The notes under the pieces: model-generated
Seen by the model: only the letters and a program-made list of their open reading frames with translations
Databases searched by the model: none
Told to the model about the DNA's origin: nothing
Assembly: GCA_963745075.1 (NCBI GenBank)
Contig: CAVUWV010000018.1
Location: 224,001 to 288,000 of the forward strand
DNA length: 64,000 nt
DNA from: Candidatus Hydrogenedentota bacterium
GTDB lineage: Bacteria; Hydrogenedentota; Hydrogenedentia; Hydrogenedentales; SLHB01
Direction: 5' to 3'
Shown: positions 1 through 10,162 of the stretch, piece after piece
How the letters are laid out: each line of letters begins with the position of its first letter
Position numbering within the stretch: position 1 is the stretch's first letter
Program-made: the position numbers and the translations under genes

Positions 1-1654
1 CGGCGTCCACAAGCTGGAGATACCAATCGAGTAGCCGCTGATACTCCGGCGGCGGTTTCACGCCGGTCTTGCCGCCAGACGCCCGGTACTGGCCGAAGAG
101 GGGCGCAAAGTAGCTGGTGTTTTGCCAGGGCACGTACCACTGGGGATCGACGACCCAGTGCATGGCGCCGGTGGCGTAGGCCCAGAAGTCGCTGTTGCCG
201 TTCCGGACCTGCATCTGGCTGAGGGCCGGCGCGTCCGTCTTCACAGCAAATTGCAGGCCCACCTCCCGCCAGTAGTCGGCCACGAGCTGCCACAAGTCCA
301 AGCCGGTGCCGGTTTCCGAGGGATAGACGTTCAGAATCTGCACGAAGGGTTTTCCGTCCGGCATTCGGCGCATGCCGTTGGGGCCTTTCTTCAAACCCGC
401 TTCGTCCAACAGGCGATTGGCACGGTCGGGATCGTACTCCAGGTATTTCTCGTCGAACTCCGGGAGATAATACGGGTCAGCCGGGGTGGAGACGCCCCGG
501 CTGGGAACGGCCATTCCCGAGTAGATGATGTCGATGATTTCGGGACGATTGATGGCCACCGAAAGCGCAATCCGGAACCGGCGGTCTTGCAGAATCGGCC
601 GCAACGCCGGATCTCGGCTGTACTGATTCACATAGATCACGGTCGGTGTCGGGTTGATGTCCCGCATCACGTGATAGCCGCCCTTCTCGCGGTTCTCCAT
701 AAACAACGTGAAATTGGCGGCGTCGATATTGCGCTCCTGGAAATCCACGTCGCCGGTCATGGCTTTGAAATTGAGGATCTCGGCGCTCTGCACTTCGGTG
801 TTGGCGATCTCGTCGATGTAGGGGAGTTGGTTTCCGTTCGGATCGACCTTCCAGTAGTAGGGATTGCGTTCCGCGACCATGCGCGTGGCGGGCGGCGGAA
901 TCTTCAGCACGAAGGGTCGAATCGATGGCAGGTCGGGGTTCGAGTTGAAATCGATCTTCGCGGCAAACATCTGCACCCAGTGTTCGCGCCCTTCGGCCTT
1001 GGCCATCCGGTCGAGTTCTTCTTCCGGCGTATATTTGGGATGAAACTGTTTCAGATAATGCTTTGGCAAGATGATCTCATTGCTTCGGTACGCCATCAGT
1101 TTGAGAAAGATCCCGTGCGGACGCGGAAAGCGAAACACGACCGTGTTAGAATCGGGCGCCTGCACCGCCGCGCGCACACCGTCCAACGTCAACCAGGCGG
1201 GAAAAATCGGACTGACTTCGGAATTTCCGTAGTAGTCGTTTACGGTAAACACGATATCATCCGCCGTGAAGGGCGCGCCATCCGACCAGCGCATGCCCTT
1301 GCGAAGGTGAAAGACAAAGGTCCGGCCGCCGTCGAGCACGTCCCAGCTTTTGGCCGCGCCCGGCACGACGCGGGTCCCGGAACGATCCCACCGCACGATC
1401 GGTTCGTACCCCAGGCGATCCCGAAGACTGAGATCCGTGATGGCCACGATGACGCGACGCCAAGTGCCACCATAAGTACCAATCCGCTTCACGGGTTCCA
1501 CCACGGCCGGTACGTCAGGCAGGCGGTCTGCTATGGGCGGTAGTTCACCCGCTGCGACGCGTTTCGCCAGCATGGGGGCTTCCAGGTACTGCGCAAAGGC
1601 GGGAAGGGCAAGGCATACTAAGGCCGTTGAAATCGTGCGTCGGCTGCCACCCAT
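1..1654 (-). CDS. ABC transporter substrate-binding protein, family 5 (peptide/nickel/oligosaccharide type); 3' end runs off the window
   Basis: Not in the ORF track because it has no stop in the window. Manual translation from ATG 1654: MGGSRRTISTALVCLALPAFAQYLEAPMLAKRVAAGELPPIADRLP...GTYGGTW...FHLRKGMRWSDGAPFTADD. This gives a signal peptide plus family-5 SBP motifs. Confidence 0.88.
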   Translation of the reverse strand, partial: MGGSRRTISTALVCLALPAFAQYLEAPMLAKRVAAGELPPIADRLPDVPAVVEPVKRIGTYGGTWRRVIVAITDLSLRDRLGYEPIVRWDRSGTRVVPGAAKSWDVLDGGRTFVFHLRKGMRWSDGAPFTADDIVFTVNDYYGNSEVSPIFPAWLTLDGVRAAVQAPDSNTVVFRFPRPHGIFLKLMAYRSNEIILPKHYLKQFHPKYTPEEELDRMAKAEGREHWVQMFAAKIDFNSNPDLPSIRPFVLKIPPPATRMVAERNPYYWKVDPNGNQLPYIDEIANTEVQSAEILNFKAMTGDVDFQERNIDAANFTLFMENREKGGYHVMRDINPTPTVIYVNQYSRDPALRPILQDRRFRIALSVAINRPEIIDIIYSGMAVPSRGVSTPADPYYLPEFDEKYLEYDPDRANRLLDEAGLKKGPNGMRRMPDGKPFVQILNVYPSETGTGLDLWQLVADYWREVGLQFAVKTDAPALSQMQVRNGNSDFWAYATGAMHWVVDPQWYVPWQNTSYFAPLFGQYRASGGKTGVKPPPEYQRLLDWYLQLVDA

Positions 1655-1660
1655 CACGGG

Positions 1661-3412
1661 TCAGTACCCAATCGCGCAACCGTCTTTCCGGGGGTCGGAA
1701 CCGCCGAACCAGCGTAGGGGGTCATCGAGCCGCCAGATACCCTGGTATCCGCCGTGGTCGGAATGACCGCCCTGGATGGTATGTCCCATCTCCTCCATCT
1801 TTTGAATGACCGTGTCGGGGATGTGCCGTTCGAAGGACACCACTCCCCCATCTTTCATCTTCGACCCGGTAGGTTCGGAACTGCCGCTGTGACAGACACG
1901 CGGCTGATCGCCGGCCTGCTGGACCGACAAGCCGAAATCGATCAGGTTCATCAGGACCTGCGCGTGACCCTGCGGCTGGAAATCACCGCCCATAACGCCG
2001 AAGGAAAACACCGGGTCGCCGTTCTTCGTCACGAATGCGGGAATGATCGTGTGGAAGGGCCGCTTGTGTGGCTCCAGACGGTTGCGATGTTTGGGATCGA
2101 GCGCGAACAGTTCTCCACGGTTTTGGATGGCGAATCCCAGCGAGGGCACGGCCATGTGGGAGCCCCATCCGTAGAACGTGCTCTGAATCAGCGACACCAT
2201 GTTGCCGTATTTGTCTGCGGCGGTGAGGTAGATCGTGTCTTTCGATCCATCCCACACGCCGGGACCTACGCTGGTCGCCGCGCGTTTCGGATCGATCAGC
2301 TTCGCGCGTTCCCTGCCGTATTCTTTTGAAATGAGCCAATCCAGGGGCACGTCGGCTTTGTCCATATCGGCGTAGTAAACCGCGCGATCCTCGAACGCGA
2401 GTTTCTTGGCTTCGACAAAAAGATGAAGTTGCTCCGCCGAGTTGGGTTCGAGTGCGCCAATATCGAAGTGTTCGAGCATGTTGAGGATTTGCAGCGCGGC
2501 CGCACCTTGCCCGTTGGGCGGCAATTCCCAAACGTCGTAGCCACGGTAACTGGTGGTGATGGGATCGACCCAGTTTGCCTCGTGGTCCTCGAAGTCGCGT
2601 TTGGTGAACTTGCCGCCTACCTTCTGCGAGTAGGCCACGAATTGGTCGGCGATATCGCCCTTGTAGAAGGCGTCGGCGCCACCCTGCGCGATGGTCTCCA
2701 AGGTGTTGGCAAGGGGCTCGCATTTGAAGATATCGCCGTACTTGGGCGCTTCGCCACCGGGCATGTAGAGTGCGGCCAGATCCGGGAATTCGTTTGCCTT
2801 GAAGGGCCAGGACTCGGCGATCAACGGCGAAACGGGATATCCGTTACGCGCGTAATCGATGGCGGCCGCCAACACGTCTGCGAACGGCTTTGCGCCGAAG
2901 CGGTCAAGCAGCGCGCCCCACCCGCTCACACAGCCCGGCACGCTCCAGGCCAAGGGTTCCATGGGGGGAATCGCGGTCAGCCCCATGGACTGCGCGGCTT
3001 CGAGCGACCACGCATAGGGCGACCGGCCGCTCGCGTTGAGCCCGAACAGCTTTCGGTCCTTCTCCGACCATACGATGGCGAAGAGGTCGCCGCCGGGTCC
3101 GCAGAACATAGGTTCCACGATGCTGAGCGCCGCGTTCGCCGCGACGGCCGCATCGATGGCGTTGCCCCCGGCCTTCAAGATATCGATACCGGCCATGCTC
3201 GCGAGGGGCTGGCTGGAGCATACCATGCCGTTTTGGCTTACGACCGTAGAACGGTTTTGATTCCGCCCCTGCAAGTATTTCGCGGTTCAGCGGTGTGTAG
3301 TCCATGCCGTTCCCTTCCATATCCTCAGCGAATCGCAATGGTGTCTTGCCGGTCCAAGCAAAACCCCGGCCGAAGCCGTTCCGGTTACTTGCAGAAATGT
3401 GCGTCGCTTCAT
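1661..3412 (-). CDS. ggt: Gamma-glutamyltransferase with Tat signal; N-terminus interrupted by an in-frame TGA or compensating indels
   Basis: GGT motifs GGNAIDAAVAA, DTIYLTAADKYGNMVSL, KRPFHTIIP, GVMGGDFQPQG, GSDPRKDGCA in 1661..3274. Upstream ATG 3412 has RBS GGAGG and reads MKRRTFLQ in the same frame, separated by TGA at 3287-3289. Confidence 0.9.
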
Positions 3413-3574
3413 CTGGCTTCCTCCGATTAGATTCAGATTGAACCAGTATCTCTGTTCGGGCCCATCCAACGCAAACGCAATCAGAATCCGCGCATCGATC
3501 CTCGACGGGCATTCTTGTTAGGATCAGTACCATCATCCTTGGAAGCACTCATCCAACCATCGTGAGGTGCGCGC

Positions 3575-4564
3575 ATGCGATACACGTATTTTGGAAGGAC
3601 CGGCGTCCAGGTTTCGGAAGTCTGCCTGGGCACGATGACCTTTGGGAAAGAGGCCGACGAGAAGACTTCGGTGGCGATCATGGACCGGGCGATCGATGCG
3701 GGGGTGAACTTCTTTGACACCGCCAACATCTACAACAAGGGAGTCACGGAAGAAATCATCGGACGTTGGATACGGCCGCATCGCGACCGCATCGTGCTCG
3801 CGTCGAAGGTGCATTTTCCTACGGGGCCCGGCCCGAACGAGCGCGGCAGTTCGCGACGCCACATCGTACGGGCGGTGGAAGATAGCCTCGCGCGGCTCCA
3901 GACAGATTGGTTGGACCTGTTGTATCTGCACCATTGGGACGATAACACCGCGTTGGAGGAGACGTTGTCGGCACTGACGACGCTGGTGGAGCAGGGGAAG
4001 ATCCTGTATTGCGGCGTGTCGAACTTTTCCGCGTGGCAAACCATGAAAGCGGTCGCCATGGCGCAAGCGAACGGGTACGCGCCGGTGACCTGCATTCAGC
4101 CCATGTACAACCTCGTGAAGCGGCAGGCGGAGGTGGAGATCTTGCCCATGGCCTTGTCGGAAGGGTTGGCCGTCTGCCCGTACAGCCCCATCGCAGCCGG
4201 ACTTCTTACCGGCAAATACCAACGCGGCGAGGCCGGACGCATCAAGGAAAACGCCATGTATGCGGAACGGTACCGCAATCCCGTCTACATGGAAACCGCC
4301 GCCGATTTCGTCGCCTACGCGGGAACCAAGGGCCTCTCCCCCGCCGCCCTCGCGAACGCGTGGGTTATCAGTCATCCGGCCGTAACCGCCGCCATCATCG
4401 GCGCCCGAAACCTCGACCAGCTCAACGACGCCCTCGGCTGCGTGGAGATCGACCTAACGCCGGACCAGCGCGCAGAGATCACCGCCCTGTCCATCGACCC
4501 GCCCCTGGCCACGGACCGGGAAGACCCGAAGATCGCGCTGGATATGCTTGGGAAGAAGGGGTGA
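3575..4564 (+). CDS. Aldo/keto reductase
   Basis: VSEVCLGTMTFG, NFFDTANIY, LASKV, DLLYLHHWD, GVSNF, YSPIAAGLLTGKY, AIIGARNLDQL. Confidence 0.93.
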   Translation: MRYTYFGRTGVQVSEVCLGTMTFGKEADEKTSVAIMDRAIDAGVNFFDTANIYNKGVTEEIIGRWIRPHRDRIVLASKVHFPTGPGPNERGSSRRHIVRAVEDSLARLQTDWLDLLYLHHWDDNTALEETLSALTTLVEQGKILYCGVSNFSAWQTMKAVAMAQANGYAPVTCIQPMYNLVKRQAEVEILPMALSEGLAVCPYSPIAAGLLTGKYQRGEAGRIKENAMYAERYRNPVYMETAADFVAYAGTKGLSPAALANAWVISHPAVTAAIIGARNLDQLNDALGCVEIDLTPDQRAEITALSIDPPLATDREDPKIALDMLGKKG

Positions 4565-4607
4565 CGGGTTCTGGTGAAGGACTTAAGTCGGTGAGGTCAT
4601 GACAGGT

Positions 4608-4871
4608 TCACGCGAAGTATCGCTCGTACTCGTCGTGCCCGCCGATCCAGAACCACGTAACAGAATCGCCGTCCAACACGCCAACCGCGCGGTAGCCCCG
4701 TGTTACCCGAATCGACCAAATCGCCTCTTCAGCATTGATACACTTGAAGCGCAGTGAAGGGTGGAAAGGGTTTTCGGCCCACAGACGGTAGGCCTTCTGT
4801 GCGCGTCGCTGGATTGATTCGTCCAAATCGCGATACGCATCCCAAAAAGACGGTAAGGTGCGAGAGGTCAT
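4608..4871 (-). CDS. RelE/ParE-superfamily toxin-like protein
   Basis: 87 aa; NPFHPSLRFK, WSIRVTRGYRA, WFWIGGHDEY; 4-nt overlap with a small acidic upstream ORF. Confidence 0.7.
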   Translation of the reverse strand: MTSRTLPSFWDAYRDLDESIQRRAQKAYRLWAENPFHPSLRFKCINAEEAIWSIRVTRGYRAVGVLDGDSVTWFWIGGHDEYERYFA

Positions 4872-5098
4872 AACGCGTCGGTATCGAGTGGTGTACTCTT
4901 CCCCTCCGCGATCTCCGTCCTCGCTCGCCGGGCTGCGGCCGCCAACTGGGGCTGGGTTCTCCCAATAGTCTCGTCCCAGCGCAGTTCGTCTGCGCTATCC
5001 TCAAGATACTCGCGGAGGTGCTCTACTACTTGTTCCTGGGCGGACTCCGGCAATTCCTCCATCATCTTGATCACGGTGGCGATTGCTGTCGACAGCAT
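4868..5098 (-). CDS. Putative antitoxin
   Basis: 76 aa from ATG 5098 (GAGG upstream); acidic and helical; ends AARRARTEIAEGKSTPLD; translationally coupled to the toxin-like gene. Confidence 0.65.
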   Translation of the reverse strand: MLSTAIATVIKMMEELPESAQEQVVEHLREYLEDSADELRWDETIGRTQPQLAAAARRARTEIAEGKSTPLDTDAL

Positions 5099-5308
5099 TG
5101 GACCATATCCTCTAATTTCACGCGATAACCTCGATGGAACTACCACCAAGATTGTACCAGAACTGCTGCTATGATCTTACCCAATAGTTTCCTGCGATAC
5201 TTTAGCCCATTCTCCTGCTTTGAAACTTGGCGGTCGCTCGCCCTTTCGGAACGCAATGACGCGGAGACGCGAAGTGACTGTAGTGAGACGCGGAATTGAC
5301 AGGATAGG

Positions 5309-5629
5309 CTACAGCACTTTCCGGAGGTCGGCGCTGGTGCCGCCGAAGCGGAAGATGCGGTCGTAGAAGGCTTGGCTGATGGTGACCTCAACGACTTTGG
5401 CATTGTCGCCGGGGTGGGCTTTGTCGAGGGAAGCGGCCAAGCTGGTCTTGTAGAGATGGTTGGCGGCGTGGGCTTTGCCGGCGTTGGAACCGTGCCGCCC
5501 TTTGAGCGACCGGCGATAAACGATAACCCCTTTGGTAGCCTGACGGCGCGGGCACCCGAAAAACGGCAGGAAACTTACCGCGGCGGCGAAGCCCATGAAT
5601 GCACGGCGTGTCAACGTACGCTTGGCCAT
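5309..5629 (-). CDS. Small basic Tat-exported lipoprotein, unknown function
   Basis: MAKRTLTRRAFMG twin-arginine motif, hydrophobic stretch, lipobox-like FFG-C, 106 aa. Confidence 0.65.
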   Translation of the reverse strand: MAKRTLTRRAFMGFAAAVSFLPFFGCPRRQATKGVIVYRRSLKGRHGSNAGKAHAANHLYKTSLAASLDKAHPGDNAKVVEVTISQAFYDRIFRFGGTSADLRKVL

Positions 5630-5872
5630 ATTGGACAAACCTCGATATGAGGGCACCTTGCAATAAAGAGGCGGAGGAGCCCAGGCTTGCTCCCGTCGGT
5701 TCGTCACCTACCGTGACGGCCCGTACCCTGAGGACGACATATTGCCCGGAGTTCAGCGTTCCCTATTCGTTCTCTACGATGAGTCTCGACCTAACGCGAG
5801 TTCTTACGCTATCCCCGTCTCACTTCCTCAGACCGCAATATCCTTATAACATTAGTAACGAAATTGCGCAAG

Positions 5873-7891
5873 TTATTTCTTATATTGATAGACATACAGA
5901 GCGGAACTCTTTGGTTCGGCTAGGTTTACCGCGATCCCGTCACTCATCAATTCAGCGCCGGTGGCAGTGCGTGCCTCTCCGGAATCGAGATTGGCGATCG
6001 CATACGACGCATCGGCATCGAGGCCCAAAGGCTTTACCGTCAGGTTCGCGTCCGGGCACTCGGCGCGCCGGAACGCCTGGACCATGCCCCCACCCAGGTC
6101 CGGCCGGTCGTATTGCCACGCCATCCAAGTCTTCTCGCTCGCATCGTAGGGGGTTAAGGGGTAGAAATCGCCGTAGAAATACGGACGGACCCGCTTGTAC
6201 TCGGGAATCCGTTCCGCAAGTCCGGCCCAAAACGGGGCGTCCGGGGAGTAGTAATCGAAAGCGTACGAGGCGCAGGCACCCATGCCGCTCCGAAAATCGT
6301 AGGGGTCGACCGACACCGCGCCGAGCCCATGGTCCGGTAGCCAGAAGGAGAGTCCGTAGCTGATATTTTGCGCCCCCAAGGGGTCCCAGCAATAGTCGGT
6401 ACGCCACAGGGGTACGCAGCGCCGCATCATCTCAAAGTCCAGGCGACGTCCCCCACTCGCGCAATTGTCGATTAGAAGGCCGGGGTGCCGCTGCAACAAG
6501 GTGTCGAGGTAGGTATACAACCCTTCGATGTAGCGGATCTCGCGCATGCCTTGCCGGTCCTCGGGCTCGTCCGTGCGCCAGTAGTACAAGGGGTGCATGT
6601 TAAAATCCTGGCGGTAGATGTCGATGCCCCAGGAATCGATGTATCCGGAGAATGTATCCACCGCCCAGTCGCGTGCGTCCGGATTGCCGAGGTCGAGCAA
6701 ACGCCAATTCTTCTGGTACGCCACGGGATCGGGGAGGTTTGACGGCGTCAACAACCATTCCGGGTGCTGCATGCGTAACCAGGACCCGGGCATGACCCGC
6801 TCCGGCTCGAACCACACGAGGAACCGCAGGCCCGCCGCGTGTGCGGCCTCGGAAACCGGAGCCAAACCGTCGGGGAATCGGGCAGGGTCGGGGTCCCAAG
6901 TCCCCATGCCTTCGGGAAAGCCGCCTACCGACCAGCCGGCGTCTATCCACCAGGTATCGACCGGTAGCCCTTTGGAGTGAATCGTTTCGATGGCTTGGAT
7001 TTGATTGGCCGCGGAAACGTTGTTGAATCCGATAGTCGCGCCGGATGCCGCAACGGGCAGTTCGGCGGGACGGCCGAAGGGCGTCGGCATATAGTGGCGC
7101 AGCATGAGTTGGCGCCACTGATTCTGCCCGTGGAGGCGGTCTCCGGCATAATGCATCATCAGAATCGAGGGAGTCCGGATCTCCTCGCCGGGGTGAAGGC
7201 GTAGATGTGTCCGTTCCATCCCCGCCTGAACGTGCACATTGCCGTTCGCATCGGTCGCAAAGTTGGCGGTCCATTGCCCCGTCCAGCCGATGGCAAGAAC
7301 GACGCCGCTTTCATCTGACTGGGCCAGCGTGAAGTATGGCAAAACGCCGTCGGATGAGCGACCTCCCTGCGGCGTAAATGTGTGGTCCGTGTTCGACGGC
7401 AGTGATGTCTCTCGCGGCTGAAAGTCCGTGGGCTGCGACTGGCTCCCGTCGGCATAGTAGAGAACAGGCGCTGCATCTCCGGCGCGGGGAAGCGCGAAAT
7501 CCGCAGGCCAGATGTCCGAGAGGATGGGACTGTCCCGGTCGCCTTGATTGAAAACATACAGCACCCACTCGACGGCCGGGAAGTCGTTGTACACGGTGGT
7601 CTCGCAGGTGACAACCAATCCTGTCGATGGGTCGTTAAGGCGTATTACCTTTTGGTCGCGCTGCGCGTCGAGTGCATGCCCGGTCCGGGTCACTTCCCAG
7701 GTTCCCACGACCTCCTTCATGGAAACGCCGCCGGCTTTCCACGAGAATGGAAGTACACCGGCGTCCTCTCCAAAAACCGTCGAGCACCACGCGGCGGCGT
7801 CTTGCAGCTCTTGGTCGGACGCCGTCGCCCCGAGAGAAAGGGGCGCGAGAATCAACATGACAACGCAAAGGACAGTGACCTGCCGTTTCAT
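5873..7891 (-). CDS. Secreted alpha-galactosidase-like glycoside hydrolase (GH36)
   Basis: Signal peptide; WWIDAGW, RFPDGL, WFEPE, IYRQDFN, IDNCASGGRRLD, LWRTD. Confidence 0.85.
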   Translation of the reverse strand: MKRQVTVLCVVMLILAPLSLGATASDQELQDAAAWCSTVFGEDAGVLPFSWKAGGVSMKEVVGTWEVTRTGHALDAQRDQKVIRLNDPSTGLVVTCETTVYNDFPAVEWVLYVFNQGDRDSPILSDIWPADFALPRAGDAAPVLYYADGSQSQPTDFQPRETSLPSNTDHTFTPQGGRSSDGVLPYFTLAQSDESGVVLAIGWTGQWTANFATDANGNVHVQAGMERTHLRLHPGEEIRTPSILMMHYAGDRLHGQNQWRQLMLRHYMPTPFGRPAELPVAASGATIGFNNVSAANQIQAIETIHSKGLPVDTWWIDAGWSVGGFPEGMGTWDPDPARFPDGLAPVSEAAHAAGLRFLVWFEPERVMPGSWLRMQHPEWLLTPSNLPDPVAYQKNWRLLDLGNPDARDWAVDTFSGYIDSWGIDIYRQDFNMHPLYYWRTDEPEDRQGMREIRYIEGLYTYLDTLLQRHPGLLIDNCASGGRRLDFEMMRRCVPLWRTDYCWDPLGAQNISYGLSFWLPDHGLGAVSVDPYDFRSGMGACASYAFDYYSPDAPFWAGLAERIPEYKRVRPYFYGDFYPLTPYDASEKTWMAWQYDRPDLGGGMVQAFRRAECPDANLTVKPLGLDADASYAIANLDSGEARTATGAELMSDGIAVNLAEPKSSALYVYQYKK

Positions 7892-7975
7892 CGATTTCGC
7901 CCCCACGTTCTTCGGTACCGTTCAAGACATCAAACCCTGCTCGTATATCGGATGGTCCTTAATCTACCGGCTGTA

Positions 7976-9094
7976 TCAGAGCTTGATGATATATCCTTGG
8001 TTGTGCAGTTTCTTCGCCGCGGCCCAACAGAACCAGTAGAAGACACAGAATCCCAAAATGGCCCAACCGTAATCCGCGAAAGTGGCGGCATCCGGCTTCG
8101 TCCTCTCGAATTCTCTGCTGAAGAAGTACGACCCGCTCATTGCCAGTAGCGCATATTGCAGGATGTAGATGATCAAAGGGTTTTCCCCGAGAACAGTCAA
8201 CGTCGGAAACTTGAAGTTCCCGAGGTCGCAGCACACGTAGAAAATCAGGAAGGCAAGGAATGCCAGCCCTGTGTGCAGCAATTGAGAGGGCGCCGCGGCC
8301 CAGCGGTGCGCGTAGGACCACCATTTGCCCAGATTCGCGTAGGGCGCGTAGTCGGCGGGAGTCAGCAGGAAGGCGACCCAGCTTGCCGCGCAAAGTCCCA
8401 CCGCACATATGACGGACCACATCAGAATCTTCTTTGTGTCGCGCGTCGCCAGTAGGTCGTAGGCGATGGTCCCGAAGAGCAGGATGAAGGCGTGGCTGAA
8501 CGGCCCAAGGGGACCGCCGTTCATGCTCTTGTGCCGAAGCCAATCGCCGTACCCCGCGTATTCCTGGCCGTCGAAGGTGAAATGGGAACCCGGGCCCGTG
8601 TAGTGCAGGAAAAACGTGAATATCCCGAGATAGACAAAGGCCATGATCGCCCGGGTCGAGACCTTCTTGTCAATGAACGGAAGTGCAAGGATGCCCGCCA
8701 ACGCGATGTCGACGAGCGCGTCCCACCAATCGATTCGCATGTTGGGTCCGTAGACGGCGATACCGACGATGAACAACGTAATGTAACGTTTGAGCGCGTC
8801 CCACCGCGCGGCGCCCAAACCTTTTCGCTCGATTCGCCGTTGAAGCGAAAGACGAAACCCCATACCGACCACAAACATGAAGAGGGGCGCGATGGTATCC
8901 GCATACGACGCCCGGTCGTGGTGGTGATGCAGGATTGCCGGCATGAAATCGAATTCGCCGAGGTAATTCACCAAGATCATGCCGAATATGGCGTATCCTC
9001 GGAGCTGGTCCATGGACGCGATACGTGCCCCGGCGGACAAGATCCCGGTTGTTGGGGCCAGTGGCTCGTTTGCGCTCGCTTGTGATGCAGACAT
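7976..9094 (-). CDS. Heparan-alpha-glucosaminide N-acetyltransferase-like (DUF1624/DUF5009, NagX-like) membrane protein
   Basis: RIASMDQLRGYAIFGMILVN, ADTIAPLFMFVVG, LGENPLIIY; multiple TM helices; RBS GGAGGGA. Confidence 0.75.
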   Translation of the reverse strand: MSASQASANEPLAPTTGILSAGARIASMDQLRGYAIFGMILVNYLGEFDFMPAILHHHHDRASYADTIAPLFMFVVGMGFRLSLQRRIERKGLGAARWDALKRYITLFIVGIAVYGPNMRIDWWDALVDIALAGILALPFIDKKVSTRAIMAFVYLGIFTFFLHYTGPGSHFTFDGQEYAGYGDWLRHKSMNGGPLGPFSHAFILLFGTIAYDLLATRDTKKILMWSVICAVGLCAASWVAFLLTPADYAPYANLGKWWSYAHRWAAAPSQLLHTGLAFLAFLIFYVCCDLGNFKFPTLTVLGENPLIIYILQYALLAMSGSYFFSREFERTKPDAATFADYGWAILGFCVFYWFCWAAAKKLHNQGYIIKL

Positions 9095-9291
9095 ATTCCC
9101 TCCTTCATATGAATCCAGGGGATAGGACGAACGCGTTCCCGTTTGTAGGCACCCCGGCGTCCGTCAGATTCGATAGGCTGATAATGGTCCCACGATCGGG
9201 GGGGAGATTTCCACCAGACCGTTCCCTCTTTCATAGGATTGTGACCATCTATGGATCGGCCGCCGAAATTCGCATCTTCAATCGAGCCAGT

Positions 9292-9888
9292 TTACTCAAC
9301 GTCTTCGGTTTCCCGGAGTTGGTCTTGCAGGTCGACGGTGCTCTTCCCCGGTTTGCGCCGAATGGGCGTTTGGAAGAACGTATTGTTGGGAATTTGAATC
9401 AGACTGCCATCGTCGTCACGCAAGATGGTGAAGAGCAGATTGAAATTCACGACCTTACCTTGAAGACTTTGGGCGGGGAGTTCGACGACATCCCCCGCTT
9501 CAAACGGCCGGGAAACCATGAGCATCAGCGAGCATAGGAAATTGCTGAGCACGCTCCAGACCGCGACAAAGCCGACCGCGACCAGCCCTAGTGTGGTTGC
9601 GAGGAGGGTGCGGACGTTCTCCAGGACACCGAAGGCATGGAGGACGGCAATGATGGATGCCGCGACGGCGATCCATCGCATTACACGCACGCAAACCAGG
9701 GTTAGGTACTCGGAGAGAGTACCTTTCTTTTCCAGACGTTTGACAAGCCGCACGCCGGACCAATAAACGATGAGCACCAGAATGGTCCAGAGCACCGCGT
9801 ACCCCAGATCGGCCAAGGCCGTCTGCAAGATTGTCTCGACGACGTCCAAATGGACCGCCTCAGCGGCTGACGAAATTTGTGTTTCCAT
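9292..9888 (-). CDS. Short MscS-family mechanosensitive channel
   Basis: 3 TM segments then SNFLCSLMLMVSRPFEAGDVV...GKVVNFNLLFT...IQIPNN. Confidence 0.82.
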   Translation of the reverse strand: METQISSAAEAVHLDVVETILQTALADLGYAVLWTILVLIVYWSGVRLVKRLEKKGTLSEYLTLVCVRVMRWIAVAASIIAVLHAFGVLENVRTLLATTLGLVAVGFVAVWSVLSNFLCSLMLMVSRPFEAGDVVELPAQSLQGKVVNFNLLFTILRDDDGSLIQIPNNTFFQTPIRRKPGKSTVDLQDQLRETEDVE

Positions 9889-9986
9889 AATTGGGGCCCT
9901 TTCGAGCTATGGCAGGAACGCGGGAGAGGCATCCAGCGCAGGTTCAGGTGTGCTTTCCATTGTATAAGTACGTCGTGGGCGCATCA

Positions 9987-10041
9987 AACGGGCGACACGG
10001 GGAACGCCAAGCTGGAGCCCTGCGCTCCCCGTGTCTCCGTT
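9987..10041. repeat. Intergenic hairpin, REP-like
   Basis: GACACGGGGA (9994-10003) pairs with TCCCCGTGTC (10026-10035); extendable with AACGG/CCGTT. Confidence 0.5.
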
Positions 10042-10162
10042 ACATAATTATCCTCGGAAAAAGGACGCGATGTTCGAACCTGTGCCGCCAGACTATGATA
10101 ATTTTGAGAAGTTAGTTGGCGCGATTGCCCTGACAGCGATTTTGGGAAACACCATCGATGGT

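Noticed and set aside
122..1543. 473-aa plus-strand ORF and other long antisense ORFs (for example 29933..31849, 58102..59448, 62270..63586)
   Set aside because: Shadow frames of well-supported opposite-strand genes in GC-rich DNA, with no recognisable motifs.
3287..3289. Selenocysteine or an alternative genetic code at the ggt TGA
   Set aside because: TGA is a normal stop in many genes here, the site is in a non-catalytic linker, and no SECIS-like hairpin was evident.
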